Positions 39,625 through 50,584 of a DNA stretch of 64,000 nt are shown here, piece by piece. The position numbers and the translations under genes were made by a program. Position 1 is the first letter of the stretch; every line of letters begins with the position of its first letter. The notes below the pieces were generated by a model, which saw only the letters and a list, made by a program, of their open reading frames with translations, ran no database searches and had not been told where the DNA came from. This DNA is from Malacoraja senta (taxonomy: Eukaryota), in contig CM075994.1 of NCBI GenBank assembly GCA_038087875.1, positions 8,124,001 through 8,188,000 on the forward strand. Reading direction: 5' to 3'.

Positions 39625-39749
39625 GTCTGTGCCTGGCGAGCCACATGGTTGTGCAAGCAGATGGCGTGAGGTCCCAAACGTCTGGCATGGCACATCGGGA
39701 GGAAATGAGCGGACAAGGACACCCACCGACTGGGGAGGATTTGGCCTAG
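39625..39749 (+). CDS. Gene A last coding exon (exon 20 equivalent): (G)LCLASHMVVQADGVRSQTSGMAHREEMSGQGHPPTGEDLA-stop
   Basis: ctgttgaag| acceptor, phase 1; GLCLA matches C4 GLCVA; TAG at 39747-39749; donor AAG|gtacta after 39757. Confidence 0.8.
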
Positions 39750-39764
39750 CGCAGAAGGTACTAG

Positions 39765-40328
39765 TCAAGTCAAGTCAAGTCAAGTTTATTCGTCACATAC
39801 ACATACGAGATGTGCAGTGAAATGAAAAGTGACAATGCTCGCGGACTTTGTGCAAAAAAAAAACAAAAACAAACAACAAACTACAAACAGAATGGAAGAA
39901 TAGAATCACATATTCTTTTACATATTAAATATTGTGGGCGGAAGGAAAAAAAACGGGGAAAAAACAGCAATTTTAAAAAAAGCATTCGAGTGGTCCAGTA
40001 AAGTTAGTCCCTGGTGAGAGGAGTTTACAGTCCTAATGGCCTCTGGGAAGAAACTCCTTCTCAACCTCTCTGTTCTCACAACATGGCAACGGAGGCGTTT
40101 GCCTGACCGTAGCAGCTGGAACAGTCCGTTGCAGGGGTGGAAGGGGTCTCCCATGATCTTATTGGCTCTGGAGTTGCACCTTCTGATGTATAGTTCCTGC
40201 AGAGGGGCGAGTGAAGTTCCCATAGTGCGTTCGGCCGAACACACTACTCTCTGCAGAGCCTTCTTGTCCTGGGCAGAGCATTTCCCAAACTAGATTGTAA
40301 TATTTCCGGACAAGTTGCTTTCTACTAG
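39765..40328 (-). mobile_element. Rex1/Babar LINE 3' fragment
   Basis: HPCNGLFQLLRSGKR...RRSFFPEAIR; (ACTTG)n tail. Confidence 0.85.
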
Positions 40329-40390
40329 ATGTTGGCATGGGACAGATGGGCCGAAGGGCCTGTCTCTCCCCCCCACCCCCCCAACGTAAA

Positions 40391-40920
40391 TAGGGTTGCC
40401 AACTGTCCCGTATTAGCCGGGTCATCCCGTATACTGGGCTAAATTGGTTTGTCCCGTACGGGGCCGCCCTTGTCCCGTATTTGACTGCTACTACTTGTGT
40501 CGAGGGGACTGTCGGGTCGGAGCGCCGCGTCCGGCCCCGCCTCACCCGTCCCGACATAGTGCAGTCCATGGAGTGCAGCAGCAGCAGCAGCAGCAGCGCC
40601 TCGCCCGTGGCCCCGTCGGTCGGCAGCCCGGCCAGCTGTCCGACCTTCGAACCTTCGCTTACCGCCGACACCACCACCCCTCCTTCTCATGGCCGATCGT
40701 CGGTTCATGAGTTGGATGGGGTGCCGGACTTTGCATGCGGCCCCCGGGCCAAAACTGCTCAGCTGGCCCCGCCGGCTGGGCTTTGTGTGCAGTCCAGCAC
40801 CCGGGCCAACTCATCATTCACCCAGACACGGCCGAGTCGCTCAACGAATTGCCGTGGGGAATTTGTCCCGTATTTTGACCTTTTGTCCCTTATTTGGGAG
40901 TGAGGACGTTGGCAACCCTG
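40391..40920. mobile_element. hAT-like MITE, complete
   Basis: TAGGGTTGCCAAC...GTTGGCAACCCTG; TSD AACGTAAA/CACGTAAA. Confidence 0.9.
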
Positions 40921-41424
40921 CACGTAAATGCATGAATCTGGGACTGTCTCGGAGGTTTGGTGGGCTGGGGGAAGGACGTAAAGATGAGGAAGGGCGTTTA
41001 GTTTAGTTAGTTTAGCTTAGTTTAGAGATACAGCGTGGAAACAGGCCCCTCGTCCCACCGAGTCCGCGCCGACCAGCGATCCCCGCACACTAACACTATC
41101 CTACACACACTCGGGACAATTTATACTTAAACCAAGCCAATTAACCTACAAACCTGCACGTCTTTGGAGTGTGGGAGGAAACCGAAGATCTCGGAGAAAA
41201 TCCACGCAGGTCACGGGGAGAACGTACAAACTCCGTACAGACAGCACCCATGGTCGGGATCGAACCCGGGTCTCTGGCGCTGAGAGCGCTGTAAGGCAGC
41301 AACTCTACCGGTGCGCCACCGTGCCAATACGTGTTTAATTTAGTTTAGTTTAGTTTATTGTCATGTGTACCGAGGTACAGTGAAAAAGCTTTTTCTCTGG
41401 ACTAGAATCTCTGGAGAGAAGGAA

Positions 41425-42092
41425 TAATACTAATAATAATAATAATAGATTTTATTTATATAGCGCTTTTCAAGGACTCAAAGTCGCTTTACATTGAGAG
41501 TCAAAAAACAAAACAAAATAGAGCTTTAGACAGATGCAAAGGGGAGGGGGACATGGGACTAAGGGTATACAGAGGTGAAGAGATGGGTCTTGAGGCGGGA
41601 CTGGAAGATGGTGAGGGACTCAGAATTTCGGATCAGTTGTGGGAGGGAGTTCCAGAGCCTGGGAGCTGCCCTGGAGAAGGCTCTGTTTCCAAAAGTGCAG
41701 AGGTTGGATTTCGGAATGGAGAGGAGACCAGCTGATGTGGATCTGAGGGACCGTGAGGGTTGGTAGGGGGAGAGGAGGTCAATGAGATAAGGGGGGGCCA
41801 AGTGGTTGAGGGCTTTGTAGGTGAGGACCAGGATTTTGTAGATGATCCGGTGGGAGATGGGAAGCCAGTGAAGTTCTTTGAGAACTGGGGTGATGTGGTG
41901 CCAGGATTTGGTGTGGGTGATGAGTCGGGCGGCTGCATTCTGGACCAGTTGGAGTCGGTTGATGCTGCTGGAATTAATGTCAAAGAGAAGAGAGTTACAG
42001 TAGTCCAGTCGGGAGGAGATGAAGGCATTGATGAGTCTTTCAGCAGCGGGGGGTGTGAGAGAGGGTCTGATTTTAGCAATGTTGCGGAGGTG
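41425..42092 (-). mobile_element. L2 LINE 3' fragment
   Basis: LRNIAKIRP...SRLDYCNSLL...LQLVQNAAAR...LHWLP; (TAT)n tail. Confidence 0.92.
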
Positions 42093-43467
42093 GGTGACGT
42101 TTCGGGTCGAAGAAGTCTGAAGAAGGGTGTGGACCCAAAACAACACCGATTCCTTTTCTCCAGAGATGCTGCTTGTTACTCCATACGGACAACACCCGTA
42201 GTCGGGTCTCTGGCTCTGCCAGCGCGGTAAGGCAGCAACTCCACTGCGTCACCCGAATGTTATTTAAGTCTGGTGCAGGATTCCCCAAAAGTTAATCTGC
42301 AAGTCGAATCGGTAGTAAAGAAAGCAAGCTCAATGCGAGCATTTATTTCAAGAGGGCTTGTATACAAAAAACAGGGATGTAACGCTGAGGCTCTATAAGG
42401 TCGCATTTGGAATATTGTGGGCAACTGTCTGTGCGGAGTTTGTACGTTCTGCCCCGTGACCTGCGTGGGTTTTCTCTGGGTGCTCCGGTTTCCTCCCACT
42501 CTCCAAAGACGTGCAGGCTTTTGGGTTGATTGGATTCTGTAAATTGTTCCCATTCTCTAGGATACGACTAGTGTGAATGGGTATGAAAACAAAATGCTGG
42601 AGTAACTCAGCGGGTCAGGCTGCGTCGCTGGGGAAGAAAGGAATAGGTGACCTTTCAGGGGTCCAGACCCATCTTCAGACTGAGAGCCAGAGGAGCAGGC
42701 TCGGGTTGGTCGGGTACAGACTTGGTGGGCCGAAGGGCCTGTTTCCACGTTGTATCTCTTAAATTCCACACAGGGTGGTGGGTGTATGGAACGAGCTGCC
42801 AGAGGAGGTAGTTGAGGCTGGGACTATCCCAATGTTTAAGAAACAGTTAGACAGGAACATGGATAGGACAAGTTTGGAGTGGGACTACTGTGGGCAGGTG
42901 GGACTAGTGTAACACAGAAACATAGAAAATAGGTGCAGGAGTAGGTCATTCGGCCCTTCGAGCCAGCACCACCATGCAATGTGATCATGGCTGATCATCC
43001 AGAATCAGTACCATGTTCCTGCTTTCTCCCCATATCCCTTGATTCAGTTAGAGCTAAGAGCTAAATCTAACTCTCTCTTGAAAACATCCAGTGAATCGGC
43101 CTCCACTGCCTTCTATTGCATAGAATTCCACAGGTTCACAACTCCCTGGGTGAAAATAGTTTTTCCTCATCTCATCTCAGTCCTAAATGGCCCACCCCTT
43201 ATTCTTGGGGTACAAACTCCGTACAGATAGCACCCGTTGTCGCGATCGAACCCGGGTCTCTGGCGCTGTGCGGCAACAACTCTACCGCTGCGCCACCGTG
43301 AGACCCATGCCCCTTGTCCTTCATTTTAGTTTTCGTTCATAGACGCAGCATGGAAACAGGTCCTTCGGCCCATGTAGATGGGGCATGTTGTCCGGTGCTG
43401 TATCACTCTATGACTCAAAGCTCTGGAGTAACTCAGCGGGTCAGGCAGCATCTCTGTATATCTAAAC

Positions 43468-44626
43468 CAGCCTTTCTCAACCTTATTACCCTGGGGGAAC
43501 CCTTGAAATAATTTTCACGTCCCAGGGAACCCCTACATAAAAATATCTTTATTAATCTCTTTCTTTCTCTTTCACAGACAAGTTCATAAGGCAAACATAA
43601 TATATTTTTCTGATAACTGGTGTAAGCAAAAAATAACACGTTTCTCTCAAGTTTATTGACAACACAAAATATAAGCTGAAATCAAACTGCTTGATGAAGA
43701 GACCTCATAATGAGGTTTTCATTCACACGAAAAAAAATCGACCATATCTGCGGAGTTTGCATGTTCTCCCCGTGATCTGCGTGAATTTTCTCTGAGATCT
43801 TCGGTTTCCTCCCACATTCCAAAGACGTGCAGGTTTGTAGGTTACATCGCTAAATGATGGGTAAAAATGACTAAACCACGTGGCCAGGAAGCAAAGACCC
43901 TATAGCAAGATAGACCACTCCTTCTAAATGCAATGTCCTGACGTGTAGTACGCAACGGAGCAGAACGTGGGCCTGTTTTTCATCCATTTCAGTAACCCGA
44001 CCCGACCCGACTCGCAGTGTCATCAACGTTGCGGGGGAACAGTTTGTGTTAATAAATTATAATTCTGAAAATGAGGAGAAGATTTTTACCAAAGAACTTT
44101 TCTTTTTACGAGGATGTTTCCGTAACCGGCTTCCGTCTCCGCACTAGTTATCTTTGCTCCGCTATGGGATCTTTGGTGCGGAGACGGAAGCCGGTTACGG
44201 AAATGGGGCCGAAAATTACTCATGAATCTGCCTATGACCGTACTACGTCTTTTTCGTCGAGTGGTCTATCTATAGGATCTTTGCCAGGAAGCAGAGACAG
44301 GACTGATGGAGACGGTGCATGTGTCTGTACTCGAGGGAGTCACTTGATGATACACGAATCCGTCATGTACAGCTCCTGTCCACTGACCACTAAAGGCCGT
44401 TTCACACTGGCGCTGTATAGACGCCACTAGATATGATGTCGCTCAATCTGCTAAATAGACGTCGATAAATATGCCAGATGTGTGTATAATAAAATTGCGA
44501 ATATGAAATTAAACACATAAATGACTCAAAAATGCATTTACATATGAATAGCCTATTTATCACTATTCCTCTCGGAACCCCGAGCGACCACCAGCGTTCC
44601 GGGGGAACCCCGGTTGAGAAACGCTG
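43468..44626. mobile_element. hAT (Charlie-like) non-autonomous element with nested insertions
   Basis: TIR CAGC(C/G)TTTCTCAACC; TSD ATCTAAAC/CTCTAAAC. Confidence 0.8.
43892..44283. mobile_element. P-like MITE nested in the hAT element
   Basis: TIR CAAAGA(C/T)CCTATAG; perfect 8-bp TSD CCAGGAAG. Confidence 0.7.
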
Positions 44627-44713
44627 CTCTAAACACTACAACTAAACTGGATTGCCGTTCCCGTGTCTTATCCTCACGCTGTCGACCGACCAGGCCGTTG
44701 TTCCTTATTGCAG

Positions 44714-44885
44714 GCTGATCCACTCTTGGACCTTCTGAACGGATGGATGAAGATATTGAGAAGATACCTGCGTCCTACCAGAGAGATTCCTGGAAGGCCT
44801 GGGGTTCCCAGATGGTTGGACATTGCCGCTGAGCAGAAATTGCGTCCACACGCCACTTGTAACCAAATAAAATCGTCCATGACTT
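44714..44885 (+). other. Probable non-coding terminal exon (3' UTR) of gene A
   Basis: ttccttattgcag| acceptor; unique sequence; AATAAA at 44856-44861 followed by a T/GT-rich tract. Confidence 0.6.
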
Positions 44886-46499
44886 CTGAACCTTGTTTCC
44901 GCTGTTCTTTCGTCCGACGCTGACCTCCCGTGGACAAACTGGTCCTCCATCGTTCCCACCATGGCGGCACGGTGGTGAAGCGGGTAGAGTCGCTGCCTCT
45001 CTCTGGTTGCCAAACACTTTAACTCCCCCTCCCGTTCCCACACCGACCTTCCTGTCCTGGGCCTCCTCCACTGTCAGAGTGAGGCCCAGCGCTAATTGGA
45101 GGAACAGCACCTCATATTTCACTTGGGCAGCTTACACCGTTACTTCCTTTAATTCTGAGGCTGTGACCTCGAGTCCTAGACTCTCCCACTAGTGGAAACT
45201 TCCTCTCCACATCCACTCTATCCAGGCCTTTCACTATTCGGTAATCATGTATAGTCTTTCCGCTGATTAGATAGCATGCAATCGTAAAGTCTTCTTAAAG
45301 ATAGTCCGAGGGCCTAAAGTAACTAACTTGAGAGGGTTAGGTGGGAATGCAGGATCAATAGAAGATAAAGGAAGTAGGCCACATGCAGGCAGGTGGGATT
45401 ACGTTTAGGACAGACACTGTGGGCCGAAGGGCCTGTTCCTTCAATGAGAAGGGCAAGACGGTGGCTCAGCAGTACTTACATAGAAACATAAAATTGGTGC
45501 ATTTGGCCCTTCGAACCAGTACCGCCATTCATTGTGATCATGGCTGATCATCCACAATCAGTACCCTGTTCCTGCCTTCTCCCCATATCCCTTGATTATG
45601 TTTGCCCCTAGAGCTCTATCTAACTCTCTTTTAAATGCATCCAGTGATTTGGCCTCCACTGCCCTCTGTGGCAGGGAATTCCACAAATTCACAACTCTCT
45701 GGGTGAAAAAGTTTTTTTCTCATCTCAGTTTTAAATGGCCTCCCCTTTATTCTAAGACTGTGGCCCCTGGTTCTGGACTCGCCCAAGATTGGGAACATTT
45801 TTCCAGTATCTAGCTTGTCCAGTCCTTTTATTGTTGCCGCCTTTTACAGCACTTACAGCGTCAGAAACCCAGGTTTGATCCCGACTACGGGCGCTGTCTG
45901 TACGGAGTTTGTACGTTTTCCCCGTGACCTGCGTGGGTTTTCTCCGAGATCTCCGGTTTCCCCCACATTTCAAAGACGTACAGGTTTGTAGCTCTGAACA
46001 GGTCTGAACAGGTCTGAAGAAGGGTTTCGGCCCGAAACGTTGCCTATTTCCTTCGCTCCATAGATGCTGCTGCACCCGCTGAGTTTCTCCAGCATTTTTG
46101 TCTACCTCAGGTTTGTAGCTTAATTGGCTTGGTAAATGTTTGTGTAAATTGTCCCTAGTGTGTGTAGGATAGTGTGCGGGGATCGCTGGTCGGTGCAGAC
46201 TTGATGGGCCGAAGGGCCTGTGTCCCTAAACTAAACCATGGGACCTGTTAGCTGGTGTGGGCAAGTTGGGCCGAAGGGCCTGTTTCCACGCTGTATCACT
46301 CTATGCCTCTGTAACCACTTTGAATTGGAAGGGCGTCACGGTGGCGCAGTGGGTAGAGTCGCTGCCTCACAGCGCTGGAGACCCGGGTTCGATCCCGACT
46401 ACGGGCACTGTCTGTACGGAGTTTGTACGTTCTTCCCCCCGTGGCCTGAGGAGGTAAGTAGGAGCTAGCACGGACTCAATGGGCCGCATGGCCTCCTCT

Positions 46500-46696
46500 G
46501 CTGTCGGGAGGAATAGCCTTGCTTATGGTTGGCCGGAAATGAAACAGTTAAAAGCACTGTTTGCCGTACGATGATGAAACCCGTCTACAATTAATGAGTA
46601 ACATCATCTCAACGAGGGTCGCTAACGTGGGCAAGGTTAGACATTGTCAGAGCTGCTTGTCCAAGCACCACACTGCGGATGGCACCTTCTCCCACC
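46500..46696 (+). promoter_or_regulatory. Probable proximal promoter/5' UTR of gene B
   Basis: Only non-repeat stretch before the ATG; GGAAATGAAA (ETS-IRF composite-like, 46535-46544); ATTAATGAGTAAC (HNF1-like, 46590-46602). Confidence 0.5.
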
Positions 46697-46761
46697 ATGG
46701 AGACGCTAGCCATTCTTCTTTGCCTTTCTTTGTGGATATCCCTCACGGAACAAAAGCCTCC
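46697..46761 (+). CDS. C4: Gene B (complement C4-like) exon 1, signal peptide: METLAILLCLSLWISLTEQKP
   Basis: Kozak CCACCATGG; hydrophobic leader; QKP as at the C4 mature N-terminus; CC|gtaagt, phase 2. Confidence 0.92.
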
Positions 46762-46800
46762 GTAAGTAGAAACCGAGAACTAACTGCAGGTGTTGGTTGA

Positions 46801-47195
46801 TACATAGATACATAGATACATAGAAAATAGGTGCAGGAGTAGGCCATTCGGCCCTTCGAGCCTGCACCGCCATTCAATACGATCATGGCTGATCATCCAA
46901 CTCAGTATCCCGTACCTGCCTTCTCTCCATACCCCCTGATCCCTTTAGCCACAAGGGCCACATCTAATTCCCTCTTAAATATAGCCAATGAACTGGCCTC
47001 AACTACCCTCTGTGGCAGAGAGTTCCAGAGATTCACCACTCTCTGTGTGAAAAAGTTTTTCCTCATCTCGGTCTTAAAGGATTTCCCCCTTATCCTTAAG
47101 CTGTGACCTCTTGTCCTGGACTTCCCCAACATCGGGAACAATCTTCCTGCATCTAGCCTGTCCAACCCCATAAGAATTTTGTACGTTTCTATAAC
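46801..47195 (-). mobile_element. Young CR1/HER1 3' fragment in gene B intron 1
   Basis: ORF 46902-47204; near-identical to 49784-50180. Confidence 0.92.
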
Positions 47196-48783
47196 AGGAT
47201 ACACAACAGGAGTAACTCAGGGGGTCAGGCAGCATCTCTGGAGAACATGGGTAGGTGACGTTTCTGGTCGAGACCCTTCTTCAGACTGCTGCATAGATAC
47301 TGTAGGTGACGTTTCTGGTCGGCTCTGTTCTCCAGAGATGCTGCCTGACCCGCTTAGTTTAGACCTTAGAGAGACAGCGTGGAAACAGGCCCTTCAGCCC
47401 ACCGTGTCCGCACCGACCAGCGATCCCCGTATACTAGCAGGATCCCACACACACTAGGGACAGTTTAGAATTTCACAGAAGCCAATTAACCGACAGACCT
47501 GTACGTCTTTGGGATGTGGGAGGAAACCGGAGCACCCGGAGAAAACCCACGCAGGTCACGAGGGGAATGTGCCAACTCCGTACAGACAGCACCCGTAGTC
47601 AGGATCGAACCCGGGTCTCCGGCGCTGTGAGGCAGCAACTCTACCGCTGGGCCACCTACAAGCAAAGTGAAGATTGCTCCATGGATAGACATCATCTATC
47701 CATGTTCTCCAGAGATGCTGCCTGACCCACTGAGGTACTCTATGGCACGGCGGAGCAGCGGTAGAGTTGCTGCTTCACAGCGCCAGGGACCCGGGTTCGA
47801 TCCCGACTACGGGTGCTGTCTGTACGGAGTTTGCACGTTCTCCCCGTGACCTGTGTGTGTTTTCTCCGGGATCTTTGGTTTCCTTCCACACTCCAAAGAC
47901 ATACAGGTTTGTAGCTTAATTGGCTTGGTATATAAATATAAAATTGTCCCTAGTGTGTGTAGGATAATATTAGCCTGCGGGGAGGTGCGGGCTCGGTGGG
48001 CCGAAGGGCCTGTTTCCGTGCTGTGTCTAAAACTAAACTAAACTAAACACTGAAGGCCCATGTCCCCAACACTGAAGATCGACCATATCCTGCTTGAATC
48101 TGAGACTAACTTTATCAACACTTATCTAGACTCCATCCACACCTCACGCTGCCTCGGCAAGGCCAGCAGCATAATCAAGGACCAGTCTCACCCCGGCCAC
48201 TCCCTCTTCTCCCCTCTCCCATCGGGCAAGAGGTACAGAAGTGTGAAAACGCACACCTCCAGATTCAGGGACAGTTTCTTCCCAGCTGTTATCAGGCAAC
48301 TGAACCATCCTACCACAACCAGAGAGCGGTCCTGAACTACTATCTACCTCATTGGAGACCCTCGGGCTATCTTTGATCGGATTACCTTGCACTAAACGTT
48401 ATTCCCTTATCATATATCTGTACACTGTAACGGCTCGATTGTAATCATGTATTGCCTTTCCGCTGATTGGTCAGCAAGCAACAAAAGCTTTTCACATGAG
48501 TTCAACAGTGCAAAAGAGAAAATATGGAGAAAACAGCTAAGTGAAAGTGCAAATTTAGGAAGAGAAAAGTGCACGGGTCGCAACGAGGTAGACTGGAATA
48601 TCTGGAATTAAAGCCTAGCTTGTGTGAGGCCGTTCAAGAGTCCAATAACAGTGTAAATGGCTCGATTGCAATCATGTATAGTCTTTCCGCTGACTGGTTA
48701 GCACGCAACAAAAGCTTTTCACTGTACCTCGGTACACAATACACTAAACTGAACTAGCTCTCTCTCTCTCTGTATCCCCTCAG

Positions 48784-48979
48784 GTATTTGATTACAGCTC
48801 CGAAACTAATTCGTGTGGGTGTGAAGGAGTCGGTCACTGTTCAAATCTTTGAGGCAGAGAGCAGTCTCGATGCTTCTATTTACTTTCGCAATCCAAAAAA
48901 CACGGAGATGATCTGTTCAGAGAAATACAGTCTGCAACTGAACCACGCAAACAACTTTACCCAAGTCTTGTTTGTCCAG
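48784..48979 (+). CDS. C4: Gene B exon 2 (MG1): YLITAPKLIRVGVKESVTVQ...FRNPKNTEMICSEK...VLFVQ
   Basis: cccctcag| ... CAG|gtaact; phase 2-0; matches C4 FLRNPSRNNVPCSPK including the MG1 Cys. Confidence 0.94.
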
Positions 48980-49783
48980 GTAACTTGCCTCAGCCTTTCT
49001 CGTAAGAACCATGGGCGGCATGGGCAAGTTTGGCCGAAGGGCCTTTTTTTCCATGCTGTATGATTCTATATTCTATATTGGGGGAATCTTTAACTTCTCT
49101 ATGTGGGGGAGGGGGGTAGGGTAAGGGGGAAACTGTTTCCTAGTCGCTTCCTGGCGGGGACGCGACTATTTCTCCAAGTCGCGTCCTCGCCCCCCTCTTC
49201 GCGGCCTACCACCTGGATTGTAGCGGCCTTTCCTGCCGGGGGCCGGGTTACCGGACCAGAGCTAATCTATTATTATTATTAGAGCTGCAACAGCGGCGGC
49301 GCAGCGCTGAATTCACCGCGGAGCGGGCGATGCCGACCTGGATCACCGTTTGGAGCTCCGGAGCGTGGGGCCGATGCTCCAACATCGCGGGGCTGCGGTT
49401 TGGGAGAGCTTCCAGCGCGGCCGGTGCTGAACAACATCGCGGAGTCCTGGGGCCCTTTACCGAGGGCTGCCAGTGTTGACTCTCCGCCCGGCGCGGCCTG
49501 CGGACTTCGGGAGCCGCGGACTCCGGTAGGAGGGGGCCGACTCTGATGTCCAGGCCGCTGAGGAGGCCCCCCAGCCCCGACGTCGGACTTACATCACCCT
49601 GGCGAGCGGGCCTGAACATCGGGCTGCCCGTAGCGGCGACTGCGGAGGACTCGGGGAGGCCCCGACCACGGGTGAACAGTGGGGAACATTAGAGGAAGAT
49701 GACTGACTTTGGTGCCTTCCCTCACAGTGGGAAACTTTGATTCTGCTGTGTGAGGATGTTTTATGTTGAACTCTATCGTGTGT

Positions 49784-50552
49784 TACATAGATACATAGAT
49801 ACATAGAAAATAGGTGCAGGAGTAGGCCATTCGGCCCATCGAGCCTGCACCGCCATTCAATATGATCATGGCTGATCATCCAACTCAGTATCCCGTACCT
49901 GCCTTCTCTCCATACCCCCTGATCCCTTTAGCCACAAGGGCCACATCTAACTCCCTCTTAAATATAGCCAATGAACTGGCCTCAACTACCCTCTGTGGCA
50001 GAGAGTTCCAGAGATTCACCACTCTCTGTGTGAAAAGGTTTTTCCTCATCTCGGTCTTAAAGGATTTCCCCCTTATCCTTAAGCTGTGACCCCTTGTCCT
50101 GGACTTCCCCAACATCGGGAACAATCTTCCTGCATCTAACCTGTCCAACCCCATAAGAATTTTGTATGTTTCTATAAGATCCCGTCTCAATCTCCTAAAT
50201 TCTAGCGAGTATAAGCCAAGTCTATCCAGTCTTTCTTCATATGAAAGTCCTGACATCCCAGGAATCAGTCTGGTGAACCTTCTCTGCACTCCCTCTATGG
50301 CTATAATGTCCTTCCTCAGATTTGGAGACCAAAACTGTACGCAATACTCCAGGTGTGGTCTCACCAAGACCCTGTACAACTGCAGTAGAACCTCCCTGCT
50401 CCTATACTCAAATCCTTTTGCTATGAAAGCTAACATACCATTCGCTTTCTTCACTGCCTGCTGCACCTGCATGCCTACTTTCAATGACTGGTGTACCATG
50501 ACACCCAGGTCTCGCTGCATCTCCCCATTTCCTAATCGGCCACCATTTAGAT
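49784..50552 (-). mobile_element. Young CR1/HER1 LINE fragment with an intact 211-aa ORF2 C-terminus
   Basis: QRDLGVMV...VRPHLEYCVQFWSP...GYGEKAGTGY. Confidence 0.95.
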
Positions 50553-50584
50553 AGGCGTGTGGGTCTGTACTGTGAACTGGCGTG

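Larger units (their letters stand above)
1407..44885 (+). other. Gene A: truncated complement C4-like gene (5' exons lie upstream of the window); 14 coding exons plus a probable non-coding last exon
   Basis: All exons have AG/GT boundaries with mutually compatible phases (1631 nt; 542 codons plus stop after a 2-nt phase carry-over). The translation follows C3/C4 beta-chain MG3-MG6 motifs in order. Confidence 0.88.

Noticed and set aside
1407..39749. Gene A as alpha-2-macroglobulin/CD109 (which also lack anaphylatoxin) or as a simple pseudogene
   Set aside because: Exon boundaries and motifs (YYYM|VL, LYIAA, LSLS..GLC) follow C4, and there are no disabling lesions in 14 exons. Not fully excluded without phylogeny and expression data.
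44663..44923. 86-aa ORF as an independent gene
   Set aside because: No recognisable homology; overlaps the acceptor and AATAAA of the probable UTR exon.
39757..48784. Genes A and B as one gene with tandem beta-rings
   Set aside because: In-frame stop in A, a poly(A) exon, and B's own Kozak ATG and signal-peptide exon intervene.
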